From Callorhinchus milii (lineage: Eukaryota), in the NCBI RefSeq assembly GCF_018977255.1, contig NW_024704742.1:32366001-32430000 (forward strand): a DNA stretch of 64,000 nt, given 5' to 3'. Below the pieces are notes generated by a model. It made no database searches, was not told where the DNA came from, and saw only the letters and a program-made list of their open reading frames with translations. Shown here one piece after another: positions 13,386 through 24,430 of the stretch. A program made the position numbers and the translations under genes. Position 1 is the first letter of the stretch; each line of letters begins with the position of its first letter.

Positions 13386-13959
13386 TATAATTGATTCAGA
13401 GAACAGTGTTGGCAGAGGTCTGAGATGTAGCTTGCCTTAGATGACAGCCTGGCTTAGTTGGTAGCATTCTCGCATCTGGGTCAGAAGGTTGTGTTCAATG
13501 CGCACATTTGAGTTAATCGTCACAGCTGCAACACAGTAGCACTGCATTGTCAGAAATGCTATTGAAAAAGGAGGTTGTCTTCCCTCACTAACACTGGCCT
13601 GCTTCAGGCCCTCACCCTGTGTGCCCCTTAATCGGACTTTCTGCCCACTCCCCCCACCCCCACCACTGGAATTCCATCTCCTTGCCCCTTCTCTCAATTC
13701 TTTCAACCTCTGTCTCAAGTCCTTCCTCTTTGACCGAGACTTCAGTCATCTTCCCACCCCTACCCCACTTGGCCCACCGCTCCCTCTCATGCCCAACCCC
13801 CAGTTTGGGTGCAAATCCTTGACTCTCCAGCACCTTGGGATGTCCTCCTGATGTGATACATAATTGCAATTTGTTGTTGTTGTCTTGGCTGAAAATCCTG
13901 TGTGTTTTGTATGCTTGTGTGTCTAATGTAATATTTAAAGCCAGTTGTTTCTTCAACAG

Positions 13960-14249
13960 GTGACATTGCTTCTGAACCTGATTGAGGATCTTCTATCCAT
14001 TGTGAGTAGTAAGGAAAAGGAGGAAGAGGAGCAAGCTGTGAACAGGCAGACGGCACTCTACAGCTTGAAGCTACTGTGCAAGTGCTTCGGTACTAATCAG
14101 CAAAATCCATTTGTGCCTGTGCTGACGACAGCCGTTGACCTGATCACAGGTGATAGTGAGGAGGAAAGAAACGTGCTGGCAAGTGCATTGCTCTGTGTAG
14201 CTGAAGTTACCTCTGCACTCAAAGCATTAGCAATACCACAGCTTCCAAG
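13960..14249 (+). CDS. HEATR1: HEATR1/UTP10 coding exon (first one in window)
   Basis: cag|GTG..AG|gtatgg; VTLLLNLIEDLL...EEQAVNRQTALYSLKLLCK...ALAIPQLP resembles vertebrate HEATR1 (EEQAINRQTALYTLKLLCK). Confidence 0.96.
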
Positions 14250-14397
14250 GTATGGAGTCTTAGCAGTAGCAACTGCATTGTGTGTTTACTTTATAATGAC
14301 CGTTGAGAGCATTTAAGGCAGGATTTGTTATTAACAGGCTGATATCAGAAGGTTTGTTGTTTGCAGGCTGATATAAGATTGGGTTTGTGCTTTGCAG

Positions 14398-14548
14398 GCT
14401 AATGCCAGGGCTGTTGAAGATGTTGAGAAACCACAAGGCCCTGCTGTCCAATGAGATTTATTTGCTGAGTGCTGTTGCAGCCTTGCAGAAAGTTACAGAA
14501 ACGTTACCTCACTTCATTAGTCCCTACCTGCTGGGCATTCTGACACAA
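14398..14548 (+). CDS. HEATR1: HEATR1 coding exon
   Basis: tttgcag|G..CAA|gtgagt; LMPGLLKML...YLLSAVAALQKVTETLPHFISPYL; phase fits previous exon. Confidence 0.96.
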
Positions 14549-14677
14549 GTGAGTGCAGTGCAAAATAAAAAAATAAAGAAGTAAAAGCCCTGAGACCTGT
14601 TTTAAAATGTGTTGTTGTTGTATTCACTATCTGGTTAGATTCATTTATGTTAAAATACATTTGTGTTTTTCGTGAAG

Positions 14678-14836
14678 ATCACCTGCTTGACACAGATTGC
14701 TTCCAGGCCAAGCCACTCCTCACAACTCAACCTACGACTCACATCTCTCCGCACCACCCTAGCCACGAAGCTCGCTCCTCGGGTTCTGTTGCCTGCAGTT
14801 AGTAAATGTTACAATAAACTTGTTGACACTAATCAG
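14678..14836 (+). CDS. HEATR1: HEATR1 coding exon
   Basis: aag|ATC..CAG|gttggt; RLTSLRTTLATKLAPRVLLPAV. Confidence 0.94.
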
Positions 14837-15826
14837 GTTGGTGTTATTTATCTACCGCGGTAGCTTTTTTTTCTACTGGAGACAGTTAATGGAAAATTTC
14901 AGAAGCCTGGAAGTGACCCACTTCTTGTTTTTGGTATTATAAATTGGAGGATTATGAAAACCAAGTTCTAGTTGAGTGCCATTGTTAAACTTTTAGTTAT
15001 TGTGAATCTGGTCTAATGTCTACAACTGTATATGGACATGGAGCATCCATTTAAAAGTTTGCAGTTTTCTTTGTTCAAATGCTCTCAACGACTGCAGTAT
15101 TAGTTAAGTATTCTTCTGTAATTGTATTTTGCAATCCGTGCAAATCATTTTACCTGGAATGATGCAGGAAAAACTACCCTTCCTGCCATCCTACACACCA
15201 TTTTCAAGGAGATCAAGAAATTCTTGTTATGAAACCTTAAATGCAATGAGTTTATTGTGTCTCCTATTTAAGAGAATGGGATTTGATGTGGGGTACCTGC
15301 CATTATTACCTGGTTAGTTACGTTTTTAATTTTTTTTACACTTTTTAATTGTTTCTTCATCCTAACCCTATGCAAGACTCCAGGGTAGCTTGGGGGAAAG
15401 TGCTGCAAGGGTTGACAGGCGATGTGCTTGAGTAATGTATCTTCCTGCTCCCTTAACCTTGGGACGTCCTCCTGACGTGAAAGGCGCTCTATAAATGGAA
15501 TCTTGTTGTTGTTGTTGTTGTTGTTGTAACCTGTCATCTTATGAAACCTTATTATAAATCCAGGAAGGAGGTTCAGCCCATCGGAGCACCCATGCCTTCG
15601 GTCATGTTTCCTCCTCCATCCCCTTGCCCTCCACCCTTTTCTGATCCCAACTTGCAGCTCAGATGCAAACCCCTCATTGTCCAGCACCTTAGACCGTCCT
15701 CCCAATGTGAAAGACACTTTATAAATGCAATTTGTTGTTGTTATTGTTATCCAATAAAAACTATGCAAGGGTTTTCATACATGTGAGAAAAACATTCTAA
15801 TTTATCTGCACGGTTCTGTGTTCCAG

Positions 15827-15961
15827 AACTGTTTGGGTCCACTCATGCTTATCCTCAAGGAAAACATCAGTCACATGGAAAAGGAACAACTGAACTCCCA
15901 TCAGTCTGAGCTTACGTCATTCTTCCTCAAAGCCCTGGATTTCAGAGCAGATCATTTGGAG
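15827..15961 (+). CDS. HEATR1: HEATR1 coding exon
   Basis: ttccag|AAC..GAG|gtacc; HQSELTSFFLKALDFRA. Confidence 0.95.
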
Positions 15962-16474
15962 GTACCACACACCCAACTGAATGATCTGAGTTTTATTTTC
16001 AAACAGTGGATCTGAAAATGTATAGAAGAATTTATTCTCTTCAAGTGATTTTTATTTTCGTTTCGCAATTCCTATATTACACATTCTTATGTTCCTGTAT
16101 CTACCAGATCTAAGTCCCATGCCTTTTTTTTGGAAAGATGTTACAGGAGTTGTTAAATGTATGCAGTAATTGCTGCATTTAATGGAGGTGCCCTCTTTTA
16201 AATGAATGTTAAATCAAAGTCCCGTCTGCTGTTCAGGTGGATGTGAATAAGCTGTTGGTGGAAGAAAATTGCATATCCTAGCCAGCAAACTTCCAGAAAT
16301 CATTTACTTCATGGCTGTTTGTGGTATCTTGCTGTACGCAAATTGGCGCACAGCAAGTATTGGCTCCAAATAGTTATTTATTATTGCTGCTTACAACACA
16401 AGGTTAAATATATTTTCTTTTTCTATTTCTGAAACAAATGTGTAAGAGTGATTTGTTTCTTCCCCAACGCACAG

Positions 16475-16579
16475 GTTGACTTGGATAAAGTGAGTGAAAT
16501 TGAGGGTCACATCATTAACTGCCTCATCGTTATGGTGATGAAACTTTCAGAGATTACGTTCAGGCCTCTGTTCTTCAAG
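16475..16579 (+). CDS. HEATR1: HEATR1 coding exon (BP28CT region)
   Basis: acag|GTT..AAG|gtatgt; MVMKLSEITFRPLFFK. Confidence 0.96.
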
Positions 16580-16664
16580 GTATGTGTTGATGTCACAGCA
16601 TTAGCTTGTCTTCAGATAACTTTCCATTGAATGGTCCCCTAACATTTGGCTTGCTTCTGATCAG

Positions 16665-16833
16665 CTCTTCGACTGGTCCAAGTCAGAAGGACAGCCCAAG
16701 GATCGAATGATCACATTCAGCCGTTTAGCAGACTGCATCGCAGACAAGCTGAAAGGATTGTTCACCTTGTTTGCTGGAAACTTAGTGAAACCTTTCGCTG
16801 ACATTCTGAACCAGACAAATTCGGTCAAGACTG
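16665..16833 (+). CDS. HEATR1: HEATR1 coding exon (absent from ORF track)
   Basis: tcag|CTC..G|gtaaga; manual translation LFDWSKSEGQPKDRMITFSRLADCIADKLKGLFTLFAGNLVKPFADILNQTNSVKT; preceded by an 85-nt intron. Confidence 0.96.
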
Positions 16834-17142
16834 GTAAGATTTTTTTAATTTGAGATTATAAAGTTACCAACTCCACTGTGTAAATTTATGGGCTTGGCAC
16901 AAAAATTGCCAGAGAGCCCATTGGACATCAACAATAACAATTTGCATGTATATACTACCCTTCACAGAGGTTAGCATTCCAGAGCCCTTGACAGTGGCGG
17001 AGTACAACTCCGAGCCAGGGGGAGGTGACTGTAGATGCTGTGGTGCAATTTATGCCTGAATTTTTTCAACAAAAATTAAACCTTCATCGAATTGCACAAT
17101 GAATTGCTGCAAGTTCCAAAATGTTTTGTTTTTCCAACACAG

Positions 17143-17297
17143 ATGAAGCTTTCTTTGACTCCAAATGGAATACAGAAAAATCATGCTTACTGCTTCAATT
17201 TGTCATCAACTGCCTGCACAAAATTTTCCTGTATGACACTCATCGATTTGTCAGCAAGGAAAGAGCTGATGCTCTTATGATGCCCTTAGTTGATCAG
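17143..17297 (+). CDS. HEATR1: HEATR1 coding exon
   Basis: acag|AT..CAG|gtttgt; DEAFFDS...KIFLYDTHRFVSKERADALMMPLVDQ. Confidence 0.96.
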
Positions 17298-18242
17298 GTT
17301 TGTAACATACTGCTTTAGCACTTGTCACTTTCTGCAGTCATTAGATAAACATTTCATCAATTTAAAAGATGTCTCTATTTTGTAGCCATGCTGAAGGTTT
17401 TCAATGTGACACTGAGATGATATGAAGAGACCAGACTTGTAAAGCAAAAAATTTAATCTGGATTTACTCTACTTTCTTATGTTTTTAGAGTGTCCAGGAT
17501 TTGGCAAATTACTGTATTCAGTCTTAACTTTGAAGCATTTTCTTCTATATTTCTTAAAATTAATTTACAGAAAAACAGCTTCAAACCAGGTTAAGCTGTA
17601 TGTTATGAATTTGCCAAATTGTAGGAACTCTGAAGTGGCTGAACTCTTAGACTAAGTTTAGAGTTGGGTGGAATTTCTCACCTCTGGTTTATTGTTCTCT
17701 TTTTCTTGTTATTGTCTTGTTGCACACTGCAGGCTGTGCACCATTTCATGCCTAGACATCTGAAAGAGTGTTATTTTACATCTTATCAATGGGTTCCCAT
17801 TATACTACAGTGATGCACATGTATTTCACATCTTTCAATGCTAAATGTGCTTAAGTATAAATTGTATAATTGTGCATAACTTGCATGGGTTTGTGCTTTT
17901 CATATACTGCAAGCTCCGTATTGTTGCAGTGTAACCAGAACAATTGCATAGCTGCATTTGAAAACTAGAAATAGACTTCAGATGTTACACATTTGTGGGT
18001 TAACATTTGCAGATTATCTCTGCATCAACCTCAGGAACCAGAGCAGTGACTGATCCTCTTGTAGAAGTGCCATGTGAGTGGATTTGAAAACAATGAGCAG
18101 ATGACCAAAATAGCATTTTAATGATGTATATTCCAAGGTGATCATTTTGAAGTGGGTTTAGGCATCTTGTAATCCACACAAGTTTTAGGACAGCCTCATA
18201 ATAATGCCATTCTTTTATATACGTTATTAGATACATTTGAAT

Positions 18243-18670
18243 ATGCTGATGACAGTTCATCCAATCTGGCTCATCGGCAGGACTTGGAAGAGCAGACCAG
18301 TCACCAGGGAATTCTTTCTCTCAGCTCCTGTTAACTCTGTTAACGGGTTGGGTGGTCCAAGCTGGACAACAGTGGGGAAGCTTGCTAGAGATTGCCATCA
18401 ATGGCAAGCTACGCAGTTTTAGCTGGTTAGGACTCCAGTAATACCCCAACACATACTCTGGAATCCCCAGCTGTGACTTCTGTCAACCTACGGCTAATAT
18501 TTTCCAAAATTAGGTAAACGGGATGCGTCCCTCCAGGGAGAGAGTGTGCATTCCATTCCAACAATCTATCCAGGTGTAGGTGGGATGCATGGAATTCTCA
18601 TCATGGTTTGGATACTCTTAAGCATGGCGATTGGTTTCCGCATGCGTCATAAAACTAATAAAACTAAATA
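18243..18670 (+). mobile_element. Same third family, 3' fragment
   Basis: CCAATCTGGCTCATCGGCAGGAC..TTAGCTGGTTAG..CTCTTAAGCATGGCGAT. Confidence 0.75.
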
Positions 18671-18794
18671 TTTGAATATCAAGTGCATCTAATATATATA
18701 AAATGCAAGGATTATTATTATTATATAAAAGAATGGCACAAAAGGATACTGTTATCTAAGTGTTGTGCTCTAAAATCCTGTGATGTTTTTGCAG

Positions 18795-18953
18795 CTGGAG
18801 AATATGCTGGGAGGGGAAGAAAAGTACAAGGAAAGAGTGGTCACTCATGTTATCCCATGTGTCGCTCAGTTTTCTGTTGCCCTTGGTGATGATTCTCTGT
18901 GGAAACCACTGAATTATCAGATACTGTTAAAGACCAGGGACAGTTTGGCAAAG
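18795..18953 (+). CDS. HEATR1: HEATR1 coding exon
   Basis: gcag|CTG..AAG|gtaggt; LENMLGGEEKY...DDSLWKPLNYQILLKTRDS. Confidence 0.97.
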
Positions 18954-19230
18954 GTAGGTACCTTGGATGTGTGGTAATTAAATCCTGCATGTTAAAAACA
19001 ATGTTGAGACATGTTTAAATGTGTATTGGCCAACAATCCCCAAAATAAAATTGGTCACATTCCACGGCCATTTGTGGGCAAATTTGCTGCAGCATTCACC
19101 CACCAAACACACAGTAACTGCATTTTTCAGTTTAACCTGTGAAGTGCTTTAAGATGTCCTGGAGTGAAAGGTGCTTTATCAAATGTAAGGATTATTATTA
19201 CATGGCTGCTGTATTAGCCATAAATATTGT

Positions 19231-19546
19231 GGAGTCCTGTAGCTCAGTGGTTAGAGCACTCGCTATGCAAGCGAGAGACCTGAGTTCAATTCCAGGCAGA
19301 GGGCGAAACCTTGGGCAAGTTTCCTTACTCCACACAGAGCCTAATAATAATCCCTCCAAAACCAAAAACAATAATAAATTGGTCATTTTCAATCTACGAC
19401 TGTTTGTGGGACATTGCTGTGCGCAATTGGCTGCCGCATTCGCCCACAAATATACAGTTAATTCACTTTACAGTGTGTTCTGTGAAGCGCTTTGGGACGT
19501 CCTCCGGACGTGAAAAGCGCTATATCAAATGCAAGGATTATTATTA
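19231..19546 (+). mobile_element. Full-length young SINE
   Basis: Near-identical to 4802-5112. Confidence 0.93.
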
Positions 19547-19905
19547 TATTGAGTCAAACTGATGACTTTTGAGACTTGTTAATTGATTGAAGTTGCCAGG
19601 ACTCCAGAGGTTTGACTTGGATCAAGAAAGGATAGGCAATGGTTCCAGAAACACATTAACTGTAATGAGTCTTATAGAAAAATCCATCTTAGAAAAGGGA
19701 TTAAAAAAAACATTTAATTTAACTAATGTTTTGAGAATGGGTCTCAATTGTTCGATCAAGAAAAGGCTCTGAAGTCACCCACAAAGATAGTTATTACATT
19801 TTACAGCAGTACTTTGAGGCATCTTTCCACTGAAATACGCTATATCAATGTATGTAAAGATTATTAATTTATTAAGACCCTAAAGTACATGTATTTGATG
19901 TGTAG

Positions 19906-20014
19906 GTGAGGTTTTCTGCTCTGCTTATGCTGTTGGAATTAGCCAGTAAATTGAAGGAGAACTACATGCTCCTATTACCAGAAGCCATCCCATTCCTGGC
20001 AGAGCTGCTGGAAG
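19906..20014 (+). CDS. HEATR1: HEATR1 penultimate coding exon
   Basis: tgtag|GTG..G|gtaaga; VRFSALL...KLKENYMLLLPEAIPFLAELLE. Confidence 0.97.
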
Positions 20015-20223
20015 GTAAGATAATAAATTGGATTCAAATCATTCATTTTTTTGCAAATCTTTTGTGGTTGAGGATACATTCAATTATTGCTTCTGTGAAA
20101 CACTGTGATACCCGTGTCTTTCAGCTATTTTGGGAGCATTTATAATATTTAAATAGGCAAAATTAATATATTCCCTGGAGGCTTCATGCTATGTGGTACT
20201 AAATAATATAGTGCAGGAAGACC

Positions 20224-20288
20224 TGTGACACAGAAATCCAGCACAGATTAGCATTGATCACTGGTCTGTGCTGGGTTTCTGTTACACA
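20224..20288 (+). ncRNA. Candidate pre-miRNA-like hairpin in the last HEATR1 intron
   Basis: 20230-20251 pairs with 20261-20282 without interruption (19 Watson-Crick + 3 G-U); 9-nt loop; basal 4-bp extension. Confidence 0.35.
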
Positions 20289-20474
20289 CAAGAGGTTCAC
20301 TCTACTTTTCTAGAGAGGAACTCTTCCTGCTTCAAGTAAATGAGTGTGTGGGGGGGGAGGAATTCAATCATGTAAGGTGCATTACTTGAATAAGCAGCTG
20401 AGCATTTGTTATGTTGACAAAAGGTAAGGGTACGTCTTTCACAGGAGTTGTAAAACTTGCCCTTTGTGTTCCAG

Positions 20475-20563
20475 ATGAATCTGAAGAAGTGGAGAACCAA
20501 TGCCAGAAAGTTATTCAGCAACTCGAGGTCATACTGGGAGAGCCACTGCAGAGCTATTTTTGA
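20475..20563 (+). CDS. HEATR1: HEATR1 last coding exon with stop
   Basis: ccag|AT GAA..; DESEEVENQCQKVIQQLEVILGEPLQSYF-TGA, matching the known HEATR1 C-terminus LGEPLQSYF. Confidence 0.97.
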
Positions 20564-20823
20564 AACATCAAGTCACACAATTGTTCATAACAATATTGTT
20601 ATATATAGATCTTCAATGCAGATTTCTGATTTCTTTTGGAATTTTGAATGTAAGTGTTTTCCGCAAATGTTAATTAACATCACAGGTGTGATTTGAGCAG
20701 ACAGATTCTTATCTCACTTGTGGTAAAAGAACTGAATGCCAGCAGGTTGGGCATCTAAAATCTGGACAATGTTTATATGTCGTAATCAAGTGATTTGACT
20801 TGTTTTAGGCACTATGTGGGCTT

Positions 20824-20866
20824 TAGTTTGGAGGCATCCCAAATAGTTTGGAGGCATCCCAAATAG
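20824..20866 (+). repeat. Perfect 20-bp tandem duplication in the HEATR1 3'UTR
   Basis: TAGTTTGGAGGCATCCCAAA x2 plus TAG. Confidence 0.95.
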
Positions 20867-20929
20867 CTTTTACTGCATCGACCAACATTTGGTTTCCCTT
20901 TGAAAATTCTGCTAAAGGAATCAACATTT

Positions 20930-20935
20930 AATAAA
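20930..20935 (+). terminator. Likely HEATR1 polyadenylation signal
   Basis: First AATAAA after the stop (~370 nt); further AATAAA at 21456 and 21579. Confidence 0.55.
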
Positions 20936-21982
20936 TGAATCAGAAACCACTATTGTTTGAATGCATTGCATTAATTTCATCGGTAAGTCATTTAACTGTT
21001 TCTCAAAACCGATAATGGTCTAGTTTAATGACTAAACAGCTGAGTAACTTAATTCCCAAGACAATTGGTGTATTTTCAGATTAACCAGAGGGGGAGGGGA
21101 AAGATAGCCAAAATCACCTTGAAGTATTTTTCTCAAAAGTTATTGAATTTTAAATCTTGCTAACCAGAGTTTGTTGGTGCATTACAATTACTCTGTACGA
21201 TTGTACTTTAAAATGCCAACAGCGCTGTGCCTTTGAAATCTGGAATGGGTCAGCCTTTAACCTCTTAACTCTCTCCCAACTTGGAGTTACATTGTACAGA
21301 ATCATCAGTTATGTCCTCAATCACCCAGCTGCAAGCTAGGATTTAAATCTGCGATTTTGCCACCTTTTTCTTAGTAACACACAATGATCAACATATGACC
21401 CCAGTGGAAGTAAAATAACAATTTATATCAAGACTTTCACACACTGGCATTGCCAAATAAAATTAGTACAACCTTGAATCAATACAAAATGGAAGTGGAA
21501 TTTTATTGCTGTATTAAATTTGATACATCACAGCTTTAGACCAAGTTTTCAAAAACAAAGCATAATTCAATTCTGAAGAATAAATAGAGAATATAATCCT
21601 TAGTCGCCAAGAATTTAGATCTATTTAATGTATTCATTCCAAACCATGTCGTTATGAGACCGATTCAGTGCAACTGGGTTCCAGTCCTTGCACAACTAAA
21701 CACAAGCTATGGAGAATATTGTTAGGGTAAACGTAAGGATTCATTACCCAAAAAAGTAAAAATGTACTCAACTGAGTTTACATTCAACTTTTATATCTAA
21801 CTTCATTTTTATGGAACACTTATGGAAGCCATCATATACATTATCGTTAAATCCTGCACAATACTTGCCATTAAACTGCAGGTTTTAGCATAGGGGCTTA
21901 AAACCCAGTCTTCCACAGCTTTAGCAGCTGAAGAAAGTTAAGTCAGAAATACAAAGTGAATAAGTGACTTTTTAAAAATTAT

Positions 21983-21988
21983 TTTATT
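21983..21988 (-). terminator. Likely LGALS8 polyadenylation signal
   Basis: TTTATT on + (AATAAA on -) ~475 nt past the LGALS8 stop; another at 21502-21507. Confidence 0.45.
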
Positions 21989-22462
21989 GCAGGCAAGGAA
22001 ATAAATTCTTTTCAGGGGTTCTTGGTTTGAGATCAACGTGGAATTTCATATAGATTCCAGCCATTTGAAATGCTAGCTATTAAGACATTGCGTAAGTATC
22101 AACCGTGTGCAATTAAATACAAAATTAATATTTTTTAAAGGATTGAATTCTAGTTGTATAATATAACTAAAGGACTGTATGTCGGTTATATATTTGAAAT
22201 AGGTGGGTTTACAGAAGGATAAGAAAGAGGTTCTATGGAAATATAAACAATCTTCTAAATTCCTTTCCTGAAATTCAAATTAGATAAATAACTCCAGAAA
22301 CACAAGCCACGCTCGATCTTCAAACATCAAGCAACAGTCCATACACAATTTGCTGCATGATTGCGATACAATCTTTCTATAAAGAAATAGAATTGTGACA
22401 GGGTTATGCTCCTAGTGTTAGCTTTGCACAAATGTCAATTGTAGACCACAGCCTCAGTTCAC

Positions 22463-22612
22463 CTACCAAGTCTGTACATCCAGCAGCTCGACATCACCAT
22501 CTATCTCCAAAGTATCAATCTTACTTAGGTTGGTAAAACGGTATTTGTATTCCAATAAGTGCTCCCCGTTGACAGCAACCTTGAAGCAGTCTTCACCACA
22601 ATAAATGATAAC
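22463..22612 (-). CDS. LGALS8: Galectin-8 last coding exon (C-CRD end)
   Basis: cag|[29 protein letters not shown]...[21 protein letters not shown]; 150 nt. Confidence 0.96.
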   Translation of the reverse strand, partial: VIIYCGEDCFKVAVNGEHLLEYKYRFTNLSKIDTLEIDGDVELLDVQTW

Positions 22613-22962
22613 CTGTGGAATTATGGAACACAAATGATCAAAGTTACTAAACTCATCACTGGATGTCTTAACTAAACCATTAATTTCCCTTCTATTTGTC
22701 AGTATAAACACTGGTGATTTCTGGTTGCTTTCCACTTCTAGGTAGTCTACCCACATGGTAAGTTTCCTAACACTGAAAACCAACAACTCAAGTCTTACCT
22801 GTTATTGCTGCTGAACAGTAGCAGCCAAAATGAGTTCCCACCATCTTAAGTGGTTGAAATCAATCCACTCTTCCTGCAGAGATATTTGCACTACTATTTA
22901 CTTTTACACAACTTACTCCAGAAACCATGAAAACCTTTTGATGGCACTGGACCTCTTCTTAC

Positions 22963-23128
22963 CTCAAAGTATGCACTTGGGCTAAATGGGAAGCAATCTA
23001 TTTTTAGCTCCTCTTCACCCCAACACTGATGAAGGAATGAGTTTCGAACAAAGGCTTTCTCTTTGAAGTTAGGCTTCAGGTGCAGCGGAATGTCTGTAGA
23101 CTCACTCAATCGCAGGTTGATGGCAATC
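22963..23128 (-). CDS. LGALS8: Galectin-8 C-CRD core exon
   Basis: gtcag|G..GAG|gtaag; IAINL...HLKPNFKEKAFVRNSFLHQCWGEEE...FPFSPSAYFE; 166 nt. Confidence 0.96.
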
Positions 23129-23857
23129 CTGACAACAAAAGATTCAGTTACATGTACAATAAAAGTTGGCTTCAACAATTCTTGCTCCTGCACCACCAGT
23201 ACTTGGTTAGGGCAGGATATGAATTGATCAGTTACCTAAACGTTAGGTTCATTTAAAGTTTATTGCAAAACAACTGGGTCATGGAGGTTTCCCCAACACT
23301 ATTGGGACTACCTGAAGTAAAACAAAGAATCAGGAGAAATTTACAATTTATTCATTCACAAAAGATTAAAGAGTATTTTCTCTGTTGAAACAACCAATAC
23401 ATGGAGTTTGGATTCCACATTAATGTACCAAGAATTATTGATTTGTTTTATTGACTCATAAAGTTTTGGTATGATCTTGGGCCATCGTGTATTTCATACT
23501 TTACATGAGATGTTAAACCAAGGTCCCATCTGCCTGCACAGGTGAACTTCAAAGATCCCAAGGCACAACTCAAAAAGAGAAGCAAGTTTCTCCCAGTGTC
23601 CTGGCCAACAACCTGCCAGACATGTTATTCACTTCCCGCAATGCCTACAAATCCCAGTCATTGCACTCAACAACACTTACTTGTGAAGTGCTTGGACTTT
23701 TCAAAGTTATTAGCACTACATCAGACGCAAGAATACTTTTCATAGCTCCTTATCAAGGTGATAAGCACCTTGGGACATCTTCCCGACATGAAAGTTGCTT
23801 TACAAATGTAATTTTGTTAATGCCTCAAAGTGCTTTACAGATAATTAGTGTAGATTT

Positions 23858-24430
23858 ACAACAACAAAATTACATTTGTAAAGAGCCTTTCACGTCGGGG
23901 GGACATCCCAAGGCGCTGGACAGACAAAGTTTCAGACCCGAGCTGAGGGTCGGGAGGGTGGAGGACGGGGGGGATGCAGGGAGATCGAAAGTACGGTCTT
24001 GAGATGGGTCTTGAAAGTGGTAAGGGTAGGGGGCAAGGCAGAGGGACTGCAGGATGGAGTTCTAAAGGCTGGGGGCAGAGTGACAGAAGGCCCGCCCTCC
24101 AATAGTGGGGCGAGCAAGGCGGGGGACGTGAAGCAGGCCGGACCGCTGAGCGGAGGGAGCGAACAGGATAGTAGGGGGTTAAGAGGTCACAGAGGTAGGG
24201 GGGAGCAAGACCGTGGAAGGCTTTGAAGGTGACAACCAGGATCTTGAACTACTTCCGCTGTAATGGGAAAGCCAGTGGGGTCGGGCCAGGATGGGGGTGA
24301 TAGGGTTGCGGAGCTTAGTGCAGGAGAGGACTCAACGCTGCAGATTTCTGGATGGTCTGCAGCCTATGGAGGGAGGAGTTGGGGAAGCCGACAAGCACTG
24401 AGTTTGCATAGTCGAGCATCGATGTAATGA
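23858..24430 (-). mobile_element. L2 3' fragment
   Basis: Reversed tail and ORF2 end. Confidence 0.85.

Noticed and set aside
14837..19905. Intronic snoRNAs, plausible in a ribosome-biogenesis host gene
   Set aside because: No convincing C/D box pair with a terminal stem or H/ACA layout by eye; a snoscan or Infernal search would be needed.
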